64,000 nucleotides of DNA, taken from contig OZ024752.1 in assembly GCA_964016885.1 (NCBI GenBank), positions 40,796,001 to 40,860,000 on the forward strand, given 5' to 3'. Positions 13,160 through 26,728 of this stretch are shown here, piece after piece; the first letter of the stretch is position 1, and each line of letters opens with the position of its first letter. This DNA is from Eledone cirrhosa. Lineage: Eukaryota. Below the pieces are notes generated by a model. It saw only the letters and a list, made by a program, of their open reading frames with translations. It was not told the DNA's origin and searched no databases. The translations under genes and the position numbers were made by a program.

Positions 13160-13304
13160 AAGGTAGGTAGAACACTGGAAGGTAATATCCGTAGTGGTAG
13201 AGCACTCTGTCCATGGGACGAGTTTGGTAGAAGTAGTAACACAACAGTTAGTTCACCATACAGAGAACAACTGGTCTAATGAACTAACTGTTATGTTACT
13301 ACTT
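13160..13304 (-). mobile_element. Small fold-back element with tail
   Basis: Arms about 13231-13255 / 13280-13304. The tail carries ACTC...GAGTG on the minus strand; (TA)n on both sides. Confidence 0.6.
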
Positions 13305-13437
13305 ATATATATATAAACAATACTTCGGCACTTGAAAAAATTGATTCCACTTCATTCACTCTCATCTCGGGAACAGTTTTGGATAGCGCTAGTTCGTAAT
13401 TTAAATTCAAGAATTTTATATTCTTCGAATGAAAAGA

Positions 13438-13520
13438 ACCTTCCGACGAGAATCTTTCTTTGCAACGAAGGCCGTATGGTCTCCGTTTATTTTTAGGATT
13501 CGAAACCGATCGGTAAAGGT
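13438..13520 (+). ncRNA. HHR with long stem II loop, core U4 to C
   Basis: ACCTT-CCGACGA-GAATCTT[38 nt]AGGATTC-GAAA-CCGATCGG-TA-AAGGT. Perfect stem I, palindromic stem III ACCGATCGGT, GUA triplet. Confidence 0.75.
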
Positions 13521-13864
13521 AACCATAGTAGGTAAAGTCAATTTTTTAAAATTTATTTTGAAACTTTTTCATTATTTGCTAAACCTTGTTTATATATGTT
13601 CTGGCTCGTTAATTTATTAACCTGCCATTGAACAACATTGGCATTTGGTTGGACAATACATGCGTCCCTTAGCGCCCTGTGCGTGAAGGAACACATATCC
13701 TATTATATGTATGTATGTATGTAGATATATGTATGTCGGATATATTTGACAATATAATTTCCGCCCGAAATACATTAGAAATAGTAATTGCTGCCCTTGT
13801 TTTTTTTTCTAATTATTCTTCATAGTCATCGTCTTGGATTTTATCAATGTCTTTATTTTATCAA

Positions 13865-13928
<64 letters not shown>

Positions 13929-14573
13929 CTTCTTCTTCTTCTTCTTCTTCTTCTTCTTCTTCTTCTTCTTCTTCTTCTTCTTCTTCTTCTTCTTCGTCTT
14001 CTTCGTCTTCTTCTTCTTCTTGTAATTGAATTCAGTTTTGTTTTTGTTAGATTTTGAAGTAGCTCCTCCTGCTACTGTTGTTGTTGTTGTTGTTGTTGTT
14101 TTAAACTATATCTTGTCCGTGACATGATTTATATTAAGAATGTCATTAAAATTCTCCTTTTTGTTATTTTTTCTTTAATTAATAACTGAAAAAAAAAATT
14201 TCGCTATTAAATATATGATTTGATACTTTACCTAATAAGATGTTTATCTAGTTTTCTCTGTTATTTTTGGATTTTGTTGTTTATGTTGTTGTTGGTATTG
14301 TTGTTGTTGTTGTTGTTGTCGTCATTATTGTTGTTGTTGTTGTTGTTGTTGTTGTCGTTATTATTGTTGTTGTTGTCGTTATTGTTGTTGATGTTTAACC
14401 CGAGAGAAGGAATATGTAAGCTGAAATGTCGAGATAGATCTAACTGTATTTTCAATCAGGTAAGTTAAACGTGTAAAAAATCGAATCCCCACCGGCTCGT
14501 GTTGTTAAGATGGATATTATTGTTGTTGTTGTTGTTTTTGTTGCTTAACCTCACAAATAAGACTATTATCTAG

Positions 14574-14756
14574 CTGGCAGTATCGGTAGCGGGTTGGACG
14601 GCCTTGCTTTGACGCATAGAGTTACGGACCTTGCCATTCTGAGTTCAAATCCCGCCGAGGTTAACTTTGCCTTCTCATCCTTACGGGGTCGATAAAATAA
14701 AGTACCAGTAATGTACTGGGTAATTGCTGGCCTTGTGCCAATAGTAGAAACAATTA
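14574..14756 (+). mobile_element. tRNA-derived SINE family A (Meta-domain-like core)
   Basis: A-box tggcagtatcggtag, B-box gagttcaaatccc, core catccttacggggtcgataaaataaagtaccag. Confidence 0.9.
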
Positions 14757-15515
14757 TCTAGCAGCCATGAGAAATTCTTTCGTTCAGTCATTACGTACCT
14801 TGGACAAAATTCAATTCAATTCAATTAACCGGAGACCTATACGTGTGTCACGTCGTCACGTGCTTTTATTATTTGTCGTTAATATTAGTATTATCATTAT
14901 TATTTTTTTTTTAATGAATGATGTTCTATTTAATATGAAAAACCTTTCAGTGTTGCTGCTAGTTTTTCCGTTCCTTCTCCGTTTTACTCACTGCTGCTGC
15001 CGCTGCTGTTGTTTTTAACGGTGTTGTTATTGTTTTAGTTCCTCATGCTGGTTTCTCCGTATTTCCAATTAATTCTTTTATTTGATGCTGTTCTTCTTCT
15101 ACTACAATCTCTTTCTTTCTTTCTTTCTTTAATTTTAGATAGCCCCAAGAAAAATCGAATCAAAGATATTGGACGAAAATGAAGAAAAGAATATTACAAA
15201 GAAAAATAATGTTGTATGAATTTAGAGATCTGAATTGAAGACAAACAATTTTTTTTAATATTCGCAGACCTGTGGAACTTTACTTCCTTCGATCTCCCCT
15301 TGAGATTCAGAGACCTTCAACCTTGCTTGTTTGTTTTTTCTATTAACAATATTAAAGGTAATAGTGTTGGTGGAATTGATTGCTGTGGTACTAGTAGTAG
15401 TGTTGGTGGAATTGATTGCTGTGGTGCTAGTAGTAGTGTTGTTGGGATGATAGAAATAATCTCAGAGCTTCTTACTCTGTCCAGCGATTCTTTCCTGAGA
15501 CATTCTAACCACATG

Positions 15516-16425
15516 AAAGTCAAAGGTAACCTCAGCGGGATTTGAACTCATACCGTAAAGGGCTGTAACTCTATGCTGAAAAGCATGGCGTCCGACCCTC
15601 TACCGATCCTGCCAATCTACCGCCAAATAATAATAGTTGTTTCTACTTTTGGCACAAGGCCAGCAATTATCCCAGTGCATTACTGGTACTTTATTTTATC
15701 GACCCCGTAAGAATGAAAGGCAAAGGTAACCTCAGCGGGATTTGAACTCATACCGTAAAGGGCTGTAACTCTATGCTGAAAAGCATGGCGTCCGACCCTC
15801 TACCGATCCTGCCAATCTACCGCCAAATAATAATAGTTGTTTCTACTTTTGGCACAAGGCCAGCAATTATCCCAGTGCATTACTGGTACTTTATTTTATC
15901 GACCCGTAAGAATGAAAGGCAAAGGTAACCTCAGCGGGATTTGAACTCATACCGTAAAGGGCTGTAACTCTATGCTGAAAAGCATGGCGTCCGACCCTCT
16001 ACCGATCCTGCCAATCTACCGCCAAATAATAATAGTTGTTTCTACTTTTGGCACAAGGCCAGCAATTATCCAGTGCATTACTGGTACTTTATTTTATCGA
16101 CCCCCGTAAGGATGAAAGGCAAAGTTAATCTCGGTGGGATTTGAACTCATACCGTAAAGGGCTGTAACTCTATGCTGAAAAGCATGGCGTCCGACCTTCT
16201 ACCGATCCTGCCAATCTACCGCCAAATAATAAATAATTGTTTCTACTTTTGGCAAAAGGCCAGCAATTACCCCAGTGCATTACTGGTACTTTATTTTATC
16301 GACCCCCGTAAGGATGAAAGGCAAAGTTAATCTCGGTGGGATTTGAACTCAGACCGCAAAAGGATGTAACTCTATGCTGCAAAACATGGCGTTCCACCCT
16401 CCACCGATACTGTCAATCCACCACC
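15516..16425 (-). mobile_element. Tandem array of about 4.5 SINE A copies (period about 203 bp)
   Basis: Repeated full SINE units joined through (aat)n tails. Confidence 0.9.
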
Positions 16426-16592
16426 ATGATAGTAATAATAGTATATTGGTGGTGGTGTTGTCGTGTTTGTGGTAATGGCGGAGTCAACAACAGTAGAATG
16501 TAATACATAATATAAAAAAAAAAAAAAGGATATTTTTTGCGATCCATGCGTTATAATACTCTGCGTATTATTGTTGTTATATAATTAACGCA

Positions 16593-17151
16593 TTTGACGC
16601 ATAGAGTTACGTCCCTTGCCATTCTGAGTTCAAATCCCGCCGAGGTTAACTTTGCCTTTCATCCTTACGGGGGTCGATAATATAAAAGTACCAGTAATAC
16701 ACTGGGATAATTGCTGGCCTTGTGCCAAAAGTAGGAACAATTATTATTATTTGGCGGTAGATTGGCAGGATCGGTAGAGGGTCGGACGCCATGCTTTTCA
16801 GCATAGAGTAACGGACCCTTTACGGTATGAGTTCAAATCTCGCTGAGGTTGACTTTGCCTTTCATCCTTTACGGGGGTCGATAATATAAAAGTACCAGTA
16901 ATACATTGGGATAATTGCTGGCCTTGTGCCAAAAGTAGGAACAATTATTATTATTTGGCGGTAGATTGGCAGGATCGGTAGAGGGTCGGACGCCATGCTT
17001 TTCAGCATAGAGTTACAACCCTTTACGGTATGAGTTCAAATCCCGCTGAGGTTACCTTTTCCTTTCATCCTTACGGGGGTCGATAATATAAAAGTACCAG
17101 TAATACACTGGGTAATTTGCTGGCCTTGTGCCAAAAGTAGAAACAATTATT
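16593..17151 (+). mobile_element. Tandem array of about 3 SINE A copies
   Basis: Same units in the opposite orientation, joined through attattattatt. Confidence 0.9.
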
Positions 17152-17374
17152 GTTTGTATATTAACTAAACAGTGAATATTTTTTGATACCGTCTTTTACC
17201 CTGAGCTGCGCCAAGTCCGTTATTTAGATTTCACATAACAAACTGATGTCAATTTACTGTATGCGGCTTTTTTTGTTTCTTTTGTTACCCATGACAAAGT
17301 ATGACTCAACTGAACTCAACTCAACTCAACTCAACAAGCTAACAAAAAGCTTATTACACAAAAATATCTAGTGA

Positions 17375-17566
17375 TAATTGTTTCTACTTTTGGCACAAGG
17401 CCAACAATTACCTAGTGCATTACTGGTACTTTATTTTATCGACCCCGTAAGGATGAAAGGCAAAGTCAACCTCGGCGGGATTTGAACTCAGATCATAAAG
17501 GGAGGTAACTCTATGCTACAAAGCATGGTGTCCGACCCTCTACCAATACTGCCAATCCACCGCCTT
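17375..17566 (-). mobile_element. SINE family A, full length
   Basis: Complete unit; atatctagtgataat occurs on both sides (about 17364 and 17569), TSD-like. Confidence 0.9.
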
Positions 17567-17703
17567 GGATATCTAGTGATAATGCAGTTCAGTTCATCCC
17601 GAGTTACGTCTTTGAACGAGAGAGTAAGGGAGTAAATGGGAGAGAGAGAGGGAGAGGGGGGAGGGAGGGGAGAGAGAGAGAGAGGGGGGGAGAGAGAGAG
17701 AGA

Positions 17704-17770
<67 letters not shown>

Positions 17771-18023
17771 CTAGGAGTTCTCGTGTGTGTGATGTAGCTT
17801 TGTATATATGTGTATGTATGTGTGGATATATATAGAGAAATAGAGGAATAGAGAGAGAGGAGGGGGTGGATAGACAGTCAGACAGACCGACAGCGAGTCA
17901 GGAAGCTCGATAGGGAGGCGACAGAATGTGTATATGTAGAAATATAGGATAATATATAGAGAGAGGGAGAGAGATAGAGAGATAGAGAGATAGAGAGATA
18001 GAGAGATAGATAGATAGATAGAG

Positions 18024-18079
<56 letters not shown>

Positions 18080-18191
18080 AAGAAAAGGCCAGAAGAGAGA
18101 GAGAGAGAGAAAGGGAGAGAGATTGAAGAAAAGGCCAGAAGAGAGAGAGAGAGAGAGGGAGAGAGAGAGAGAGACAGAGAGATAGATAAAT

Positions 18192-18244
<53 letters not shown>

Positions 18245-18258
18245 TTGAAGAAAAGGCC

Positions 18259-18270
<12 letters not shown>
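17771..18270. repeat. Dispersed repeat ctaggagttc...gaaatagaggaata (also 39808, 39957, about 40950) followed by (GA)n with ttgaagaaaaggccagaa cassettes
   Basis: Direct sequence matches between the loci. Confidence 0.7.
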
Positions 18271-18335
<65 letters not shown>

Positions 18336-19223
18336 CGGAGAGACGGAAACGGAACATAGGGAAAATGATAGATAATTTTTGAATGGATGATAATAGAAAA
18401 AAAAAAAAAAAAAAAAAAAAGAGGATGTAGCGTGATGAACACAGAAAGGACAAAAAATTAGAAAATATTGCTAACAAAGTAAGGCATATTAATTAGAATG
18501 GGTAGTAGTATAATACAAGACAACAAGAAGTACTGGGTATCATATAGTAATATTTTATCCTCAATCCAAATACGTCGTTGTATTAAAAAGAGATAAATTT
18601 CCGTGCAGTCAACTTGTCATCGTCATAAGATTATCAATGTCTAACGTCCCACCGATCCCACGCTATCCACTCACATTATTTTTGCATGTTTGAATTCTAT
18701 GAATCTGTATCCCATGTTATAGTAATTAATCTTCCTATATGGAGATCTGACTAGTTAAAAAAGGAAATTCTCTACTGAATATAAAAGAAAACGTTACGAA
18801 CATCGTAGCTTCGCTTCCTCCAACACAATCTTTGTATGTTTGTATAATTTTAATAATTCTTTATTTAAAGATTATTTTTGTTTAAGAGAGAACCTGGTCG
18901 CTAACTAGATGATCGGGTTTTTTTTTTTATTAGGTTTAGTATGAAATCTGTAGAAATTTTTTTTTTTTCTATAAATTTCTACAGATTTCATACTTGACGA
19001 CCCAATAATTCTCTTTTAGAGCCATCATAAGTTTAAATATAGCTAAAGCTGGTGCCACCCTGCCCATTGATTCCTCACATTATATTACAAATTAATCAGA
19101 AATAAATATATAATCAATTTATGAATCACAAGTTTGTTAAATCGGAGTTAAACTGGAGCTAAACAACAGTCATGATAATTGCACAAGTTGTATGTATGTA
19201 TGTAAGTATGTATTCATGTATGT

Positions 19224-20060
19224 ATGTATGTATGTCGGGTCACTCTTGAGTGCTACTGGTAACATGTAACCCAGTACAACCTGTCGCATGGTCGGGTCGT
19301 CGGCGACTAAACCGGTAACCTCACCAAGTTTACTTGGTGAGGAGGGTGATTTTGGACACCCCGCAGGACAAAAAACAAAACCTGACAAAGGGCGGAAGAA
19401 CTCATAACAGCCAACAGCCATCCGAAATTGTGTAAATATGTATATACACATGTACCGCCCGGTTAAACCACTGGGAATGAAGGACCCCTAGCCTTTGTCA
19501 GGGCATTCTTCTAGGAGAAGGCAACTCAGGAAACTGGGATAACTCCGATATAAAACCTGCGGCTCAGTAGTTACCGATGATGTTGATCTTTTCTTCTTTT
19601 CGGGTTATAGCTACTGTCGCTCAGAGAGTGGGATTGGCTCAGTGCACAGTCTTTCATTACTTTCAAAAATATCTTCATGCACAGGCATTGCACGATAGAA
19701 TTAATTAATAATTATTAATAATGGTATATCGTGCAATGGTCATACTCGATAACGAGGGGGCAGCCATCATCATGTATGTATGTATGTATGTACGTACGTA
19801 TGTTTTTTTTTTCACCTGCGACTAAACTGGCAACCCCACCAAACTTGCTTGGTGAGGAGGGGGATATTTGGACACCCTGAGGGATGAAATACAAGATTCG
19901 GCGAAGGGCGGAGTAACTCAGCAGAGTCAACGGCCATCCAAATAGTACTTTTTTTTTTCACCTGGAGGTGAAAAGCCCTCAGTTGTTGTTACAACACCTT
20001 TCTAAGAGAGGGAAACTCTGAAAAAAAACCCAAAAAGAAAACCAACAAATCTGCGGCTTC
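19224..20060 (+). mobile_element. RTE-type 5' UTR / non-autonomous fragments, partly duplicated
   Basis: Block gcgactaaac..ccaccaa..ttggtgaggaggg..aagggcgga at about 19302 and 19819; RTE-like ctaggagaaggcaactc...aaacc motif at 19511 and about 20002. Confidence 0.5.
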
Positions 20061-20121
20061 TATGTTAGAAACCGACTCTCTCTCTATTGGTAAAAATTTG
20101 TGAAATTATAAAACCAGAAGA

Positions 20122-20152
<31 letters not shown>

Positions 20153-20267
20153 TATATATACCTACATACCTACATACATACATACCTACCTACATACATA
20201 CATACATACATACATACATACATACATACATACATACATACATACATACATACATACATACATAGAT

Positions 20268-21095
20268 AGGGATGCAGGCAAACCACCTAGATGTGATAAC
20301 AAGTGAAGACTCTGCAGAACTAACATCGAGGATATCACCCATGTCATCAGCAGCTGTCCAAAGATGTCATCGCGGTACTATCTACCTATGAGGCATGATG
20401 TAGTGGCCAAAACACTTTACAATGCAGTTCGTAAAAAAGATAGCTCCGATAATAAACATTAAACGCTACAGCAATGTGGAAGACATCCATGTACATAATA
20501 TGAAAGAGTACTGGTGGAATGTTCCAGTAAAAACCCCAATAAAATGCAGGCATAACAGACCAGATATTATGATATGTATGGGACAGGAGAAGAAAACATG
20601 CACAGTAGTGGAAATTAGCTGCCCAGCAGATGCCAATATAATATCAAAGATTAGTGAAAAGGAGAAAATTTATGCAGAACTGATGAGAAATCTGCAGATA
20701 CTCCTGATTACACCTTCAGATTTATGCCTGTGATTATTGGGGCACTGGGATATGTTAGTAACTGCCTCAATACAAATCTTAAGAAGCTAGGCTTCACGGG
20801 AACAGAAAGAACACAACTAGTTAGGAAACTACAAGTACAATCCATTAATGGAACAGTCAAAATATGTAAAACATTCCAAAAACTTTGCATCTAATAACTG
20901 CATATACACATGCACACATACAACTCAAAACATCCACATCCACACATACTATAACATCCATATCTACACATGCATGCATACATATCTACCTTGTTGATGT
21001 TGTGTAAATTCCGATGAAAGAGTATTGTGTCTATGTTAGAAACCGACTCTCTCTCTATTGGTAAAACTTTGTGAAATTATAAAACCAGAAGAACA
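20268..21095 (+). mobile_element. 5'-truncated R4/Dong-like non-LTR retrotransposon (CCHC knuckle, restriction-like endonuclease, 3' UTR), decayed
   Basis: RLCRTNIEDITHVISSCPKM..RHDVVAK; HNRPDIMI..VVEISCP..EKEKIYAEL..PVIIGALG, with frameshifts and stops. Flanked by (CATA)n. Confidence 0.85.
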
Positions 21096-21168
21096 TACAT
21101 AATACATAAATACATACATACATACATAATACATAAATACATACATACATACATAATACATAAATACA

Positions 21169-21200
<32 letters not shown>

Positions 21201-21564
21201 CATACATACATACATACATACATACATACAAACATCTGTTTACATGACATTTCACAGTCAGATTCTAGATCCGACCGTGATCTTTTCTATATTTCATCTT
21301 TCTGAGTACAAAACAATAATTATCAGTCTATAAAACTAGATCAATACTTATCAGTACTTAGATCGATATAATTGACTATACTATAAAATACAAAGATAAT
21401 CGAATATACTATAAACTCCCCCAATATGGCTGCATTCCAATGACTGGAACCAGTAGCAGAGTAAAAGAATAACAATCTTTGTTCTACTTTCCCTGTATTA
21501 TCTTAGATCCTCAGTATTGGTAGAGGGTCGGACACGATGCTTTGCAGCATAGAGTTTCGGCCCT

Positions 21565-21678
21565 AGGACTAGCGTCCGAAACGTTAAGACCCTCTTCATG
21601 CTATATCAAACGTTAACCTAATATATCCCTTCCATATACTGTACCGATTGTGTTGTTATTTCTGTTTACCTTTTACAT
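21565..21678 (+). mobile_element. HHR 3'-half pLTR fragment interrupting a SINE
   Basis: a-GGAC[tagc]GTCC-GAAA-CGT-TA-agac; its 3' part matches about 1836-1893 on the minus strand. Confidence 0.65.
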
Positions 21679-21813
21679 ACATACATATATATATACATAT
21701 ATATATATATTAAAGTACGATCAAATAAAGTACCAGTAACAGACTAGGGTCGATTTAATTGACTTTCCCCATCTTCCCAAATTGCTGGCTTTCTACCTAA
21801 ATCAGAAACTATC

Positions 21814-22142
21814 TTGGCAGTATCGGTAGAGGGATTGACGCCATGCTTTGCAGCACTGAGTTACGACCCTTTAAGTTCTGAGTTCAAATCCCGCCGAGGT
21901 TAACTTTGCCTTTCATCCTTACGGGGTCGATAAAATGAAGAACCAGTAATACACTGGTGTAATTACTGGCCTCGTGCCAAAATTAGAAACAGTTATTTTA
22001 TTGGCAGTATCGGTAGAGGGTCGGACGCCATGCTTTGCAGCATAGAGTTACGGCCCTTTATGATCTGAATTTAAATCCTACCGAAGTTAACTATGCTTTT
22101 CATGGCGTCCGACCCTCTACCAATACTGCCAATCCACTACCC
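21814..22142 (+). mobile_element. SINE A: full copy, partial copy and inverted head
   Basis: Units 21814-21995 and 22001-22100; inverted head 22101-22142. Confidence 0.85.
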
Positions 22143-22470
22143 TAAATATAACAGGAATAATAAAAAAAATACCCAGTAATATATCCTTGCTAAAATGCAT
22201 CAGACTTTATTTCAGAAGGTCAATTTTGACCTTATTTGATCTCGTATAATAGCAGACCCGTCTATAAAAGTATTTCATACGAAAGCAATATCTGATTGTA
22301 GGACGAAATATTGTTCGAAATACTATAGATTTTTCACCATTTATTCGTAAATCAGATGATAAGAATTAATTCAATTTTCATGACAACACTACCCCGATTT
22401 CAAAGTTTTGTTTGTACTCTATGATTAAGTATGATATATATATATATTTATATATATATAATATATATAG

Positions 22471-22567
<97 letters not shown>

Positions 22568-22577
22568 TTTTTTTTAA

Positions 22578-22773
22578 CGATCGACTTTCGTCAAATCGGA
22601 CCGTTGGTCTTTCCAGTTGCTAGTACTATCTATCGGTCGCAACTCCAGGTAGAAGGAGCAACGTGAAATAAAGTGTCTTGCTCAAGGACATAACGCATCG
22701 CCTGGTCCAGGAATCGAACTCACAACCTTACGATTGCGAATCCAATTCTCTAACCACTCACCCACAAGCCTTC
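22578..22773 (-). mobile_element. tRNA-derived SINE family B
   Basis: Reverse complement has A-box/B-box (gagttcgattcc) and gtccttgagcaagacac core; matches 25333-25552. Confidence 0.85.
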
Positions 22774-22911
22774 ACATATATATATATTTATATATATATA
22801 TATATGTATATATGTATATATATATATGTATATATATATACGATATTAAATAAATGGAAACTATATTTATAAAACCATATCTATTTCATTATATATATTT
22901 CAGGGATATCA

Positions 22912-22956
22912 TATACTCGAAATTAAGAGAAAGAGATAACATACATACACACACAC

Positions 22957-23001
<45 letters not shown>

Positions 23002-23268
23002 AACGAGTAGGACCCCGACGGCTGAGCTCAAGCCGTTTCGACGGCTAATTCTGGACTAAAAAAAAAAATCATTTTTTTTTAGTCCAGAATTAGCCGTCGA
23101 AACGGCTTGAGCTCAGCCGTCGGGGTCCTACTCGTTCCTATTACCCACTCTACTACCCTAAGTATTGAGTACTTTGGTGCGTTATGGTCCACCTGGTTCC
23201 TTACCACATTTCCTTCGTTATATATATATATATATATATATATAACGAAGGAAATGTGGTAAGGAACC

Positions 23269-23330
<62 letters not shown>

Positions 23331-23539
23331 AAAACATTGTATATAAAAAATTAATATCTTTCATTCGTAGCTCAATATAATGACACCAACAATCTGGTAT
23401 TTTCTCGGACTGAAATAGCGATTCCTTTCAAAGGAAAAGAACCAATGTTTATCTCTCACAGAACAATGTCTAAATTACATCCCAAGTATCGATTTCAATA
23501 CATATTGAGACCGTATTTGCTGTTATGATAATAGAAAAA

Positions 23540-23589
<50 letters not shown>

Positions 23590-24006
23590 CAATAATAATA
23601 AATTTGAAGACTAAAATCCAAAGAGGGCTCGATAAGGATAAATATATATCAAATATATAAGAACCGTAGAGCAAATATTTATTAAATAATATATATAATA
23701 ATAATAATAATAATAATATATATAGATATATAGATATACATACATACATACATACATACATACATACATACATACATACATACATACATACATACATACA
23801 TACATACAAAAGCGCAGCTCCCTAATTCATAGTCTACAAATGACTGCTATAGCTGGCACCGTCAAAATTTGCAAAACATTCTTGCGATTCAAGGGATGAC
23901 AATTTCTTTTCTTTTACAACCTTGCCACCAGGAAGGTGGCCGGTCAAAAAAAATATACTCGAAATTAAGAGAAAGAGATAACATACATACACACACACAC
24001 ACACAC

Positions 24007-24057
<51 letters not shown>

Positions 24058-24272
24058 AACGAGTAGGACCCCGACGGCTGAGCTCAAGCCGTTTCGACGG
24101 CTAATTCTGGACTAAAAAAAAAATCATTTTTTTTTAGTCCAGAATTAGCCGTCGAAACGGCTTGAGCTCAGCCGTCGGGGTCCTACTCGTTCCTATTACC
24201 CACTCTACTACCCTAAGTATTGAGTACTTTGGTGCGTTATGGTCCACCTGGTTCCTTACCACATTTCCTTCG

Positions 24273-24356
<84 letters not shown>

Positions 24357-24614
24357 CGAAGGAAATGTGGTAAGGAACCAGGTATATATATATATATATA
24401 TAATAAAAACATTGTATATAAAAAATTAATATCTTTCATTTGTAGTTCAATATAATGACACCAACAATCTGGTATTTTCTCGGACTGAAATAGCGATTCC
24501 TTTCAAAGGAAAAGAACCAATGTTTATCTCTCACAGAACAATGTCTAAATTACATCGCAAGTATCGATTTCAATACATATTGAGACCGTATTTGCTGTTA
24601 TGATAATAGAAAAA
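22912..24614. repeat. Local duplication of about 630 bp (22912-23540 and 23954-24614), each with a family G fold-back element (22999-23219; 24055-24274)
   Basis: Near-identical unique flanks; the copies differ mainly in microsatellite length. Confidence 0.9.
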
Positions 24615-24814
24615 GAAATACAACAACAACAATTAGAAGAAAAAAAAAAATCCCGCGTATGAATATGACAATTATTATATCAGCAGTGTGCTAAGGCACC
24701 ACGCAATAGTAAACACATACGTACTATCTCGCTACTGTTTCACTTTTTATTTCTCTCTACCTCACTTGTTTCAAACTCCACACTACTCTTTCTTTCTTTG
24801 TCTCTCTCTCTGTG

Positions 24815-24855
<41 letters not shown>

Positions 24856-24872
24856 CTCAATCTCTCTCTCTG

Positions 24873-24939
<67 letters not shown>

Positions 24940-24979
24940 CTGTGCATCTCTCTCTCTCTCTCTCTGTCTCCCTCTCTCA

Positions 24980-25011
<32 letters not shown>

Positions 25012-25241
25012 GTGAATATATTCCAAAAGAAACATATATTGCCAATATTATGGCCCTTTTTTTCTTTACATATTTTAGATAGATAGATAGATAAAGCACA
25101 CAACAAGCTAATAAGCGTATATAGCGATAGTTACATATTGTATAGACAAGGGAAGACAATTTCGCTAGACATACATACGTGTGCTATATGTGTATTACAG
25201 ATTAAGAGACAGACAGGCAGAGGGAGAGAGGGGGGGGGGGA

Positions 25242-25272
<31 letters not shown>

Positions 25273-25332
25273 AAAGCAGAGAGAGAGAAGAGACAGACTT
25301 ATATATGTGTGTATATATATATATATGTATAT

Positions 25333-25552
25333 GGAGGCGCGTGGCTGAGTGGTTAGAGGACTGGATTCACAATCGTGAGGTTGTGAGTTCGATTCCCGGA
25401 CCAAGCGATGTGTTATGTCCTTGAGCAAGACACTCTATTTCACGTTACTCCTTCTACCTGGAGTTGCGACCGATGGATAGTATTAGCAATTGGAAAGACC
25501 AGTGGAAACATTGTTTCCTCGGTCCGATTTGACGAAACTCGATCAACCGTCA
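25333..25552 (+). mobile_element. tRNA-derived SINE family B
   Basis: ggcgcgtggctgagtggttagagg...gagttcgattcccgg...gtccttgagcaagacac. Confidence 0.85.
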
Positions 25553-25562
25553 TATATATATG

Positions 25563-25602
<40 letters not shown>

Positions 25603-25612
25603 TATTCATATG

Positions 25613-25668
<56 letters not shown>

Positions 25669-25922
25669 TATGTATATATATATATATACATATGAATATA
25701 TATATATATATGAATATATATATGTATGTATATATATATATACACACATATATATATATATACATACACTGTATATGTATATATATATATATACTGTATA
25801 TGTATATATATATATACTGTATATGTATATATATATATGTGTGTGTGTGTATTCGTGCACAAATCCTTTTGACTGCAAGTTGATATGTTGATATATGTAC
25901 GAATGTTTGCACACTTCGTCAG

Positions 25923-26007
<85 letters not shown>

Positions 26008-26668
26008 ATATTTATATATATATATTTATATATGTATGCATATATATAACAAGACATTTATTTTAGACCGATCGACTTATTTTAATAGTATTTCAGTGAA
26101 AACTTTCATAATAGACATTTATATCAAATCCAACGTTATAGAATTCCACAGAAACAACAACAGCAACAACAAGAACAAGAACAAGAACAACAACAACAAC
26201 AACAACAACAACAGCAGCAACAAACACAGGAGAGGGAGAAAAACACAAAAAAACAAACAAAAAGGAAAAACCTTTCTATAAGACCCGATATCTTAATGAC
26301 CAAACAACGTATGAGAATGGAAGGCGTCAGGAAAAAGCACGGAGTTGTTTGAATTGTTTGGTTTTCATGACTTAAGATGGGTGTGCCGTGGAATTGTATT
26401 TTGAGAAATGGCTGGGATATCTACAGCTGTTCACATACTTACAAGTAGACGAAACGCTTCAGTTGCAAAGAAGAAGGACAGCGTCCGGCCATTACTGTAA
26501 TGGCGGCCGCCGGTAAATATTTAGCTATGTATCTTTGTTTCTTTGTCTTTATTCTATTACTACTGCTGCTAATACTGCCGCTGCTGCTACTACTGCTGCT
26601 GCTGCTACTGCTGCTGATACTACTACTGCTGCTGCTGCTACTGCTGCTGATACTACTACTGCTGCTGA

Positions 26669-26728
<60 letters not shown>

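Noticed and set aside
14574-14660. tRNA genes at SINE heads (also 25333, 60113)
   Set aside because: A/B boxes continue into the SINE core and tail; multi-copy, no clean cloverleaf.
21008-21056. ccgatga...gaaaccgactc in the R4-like 3' UTR
   Set aside because: Stems do not close an HHR; better read as a simple 3' UTR hairpin.
25885-25926. Minus-strand gata-CTGACGA-agtgt[gcaa]acatt
   Set aside because: GAAA and stem III are missing.
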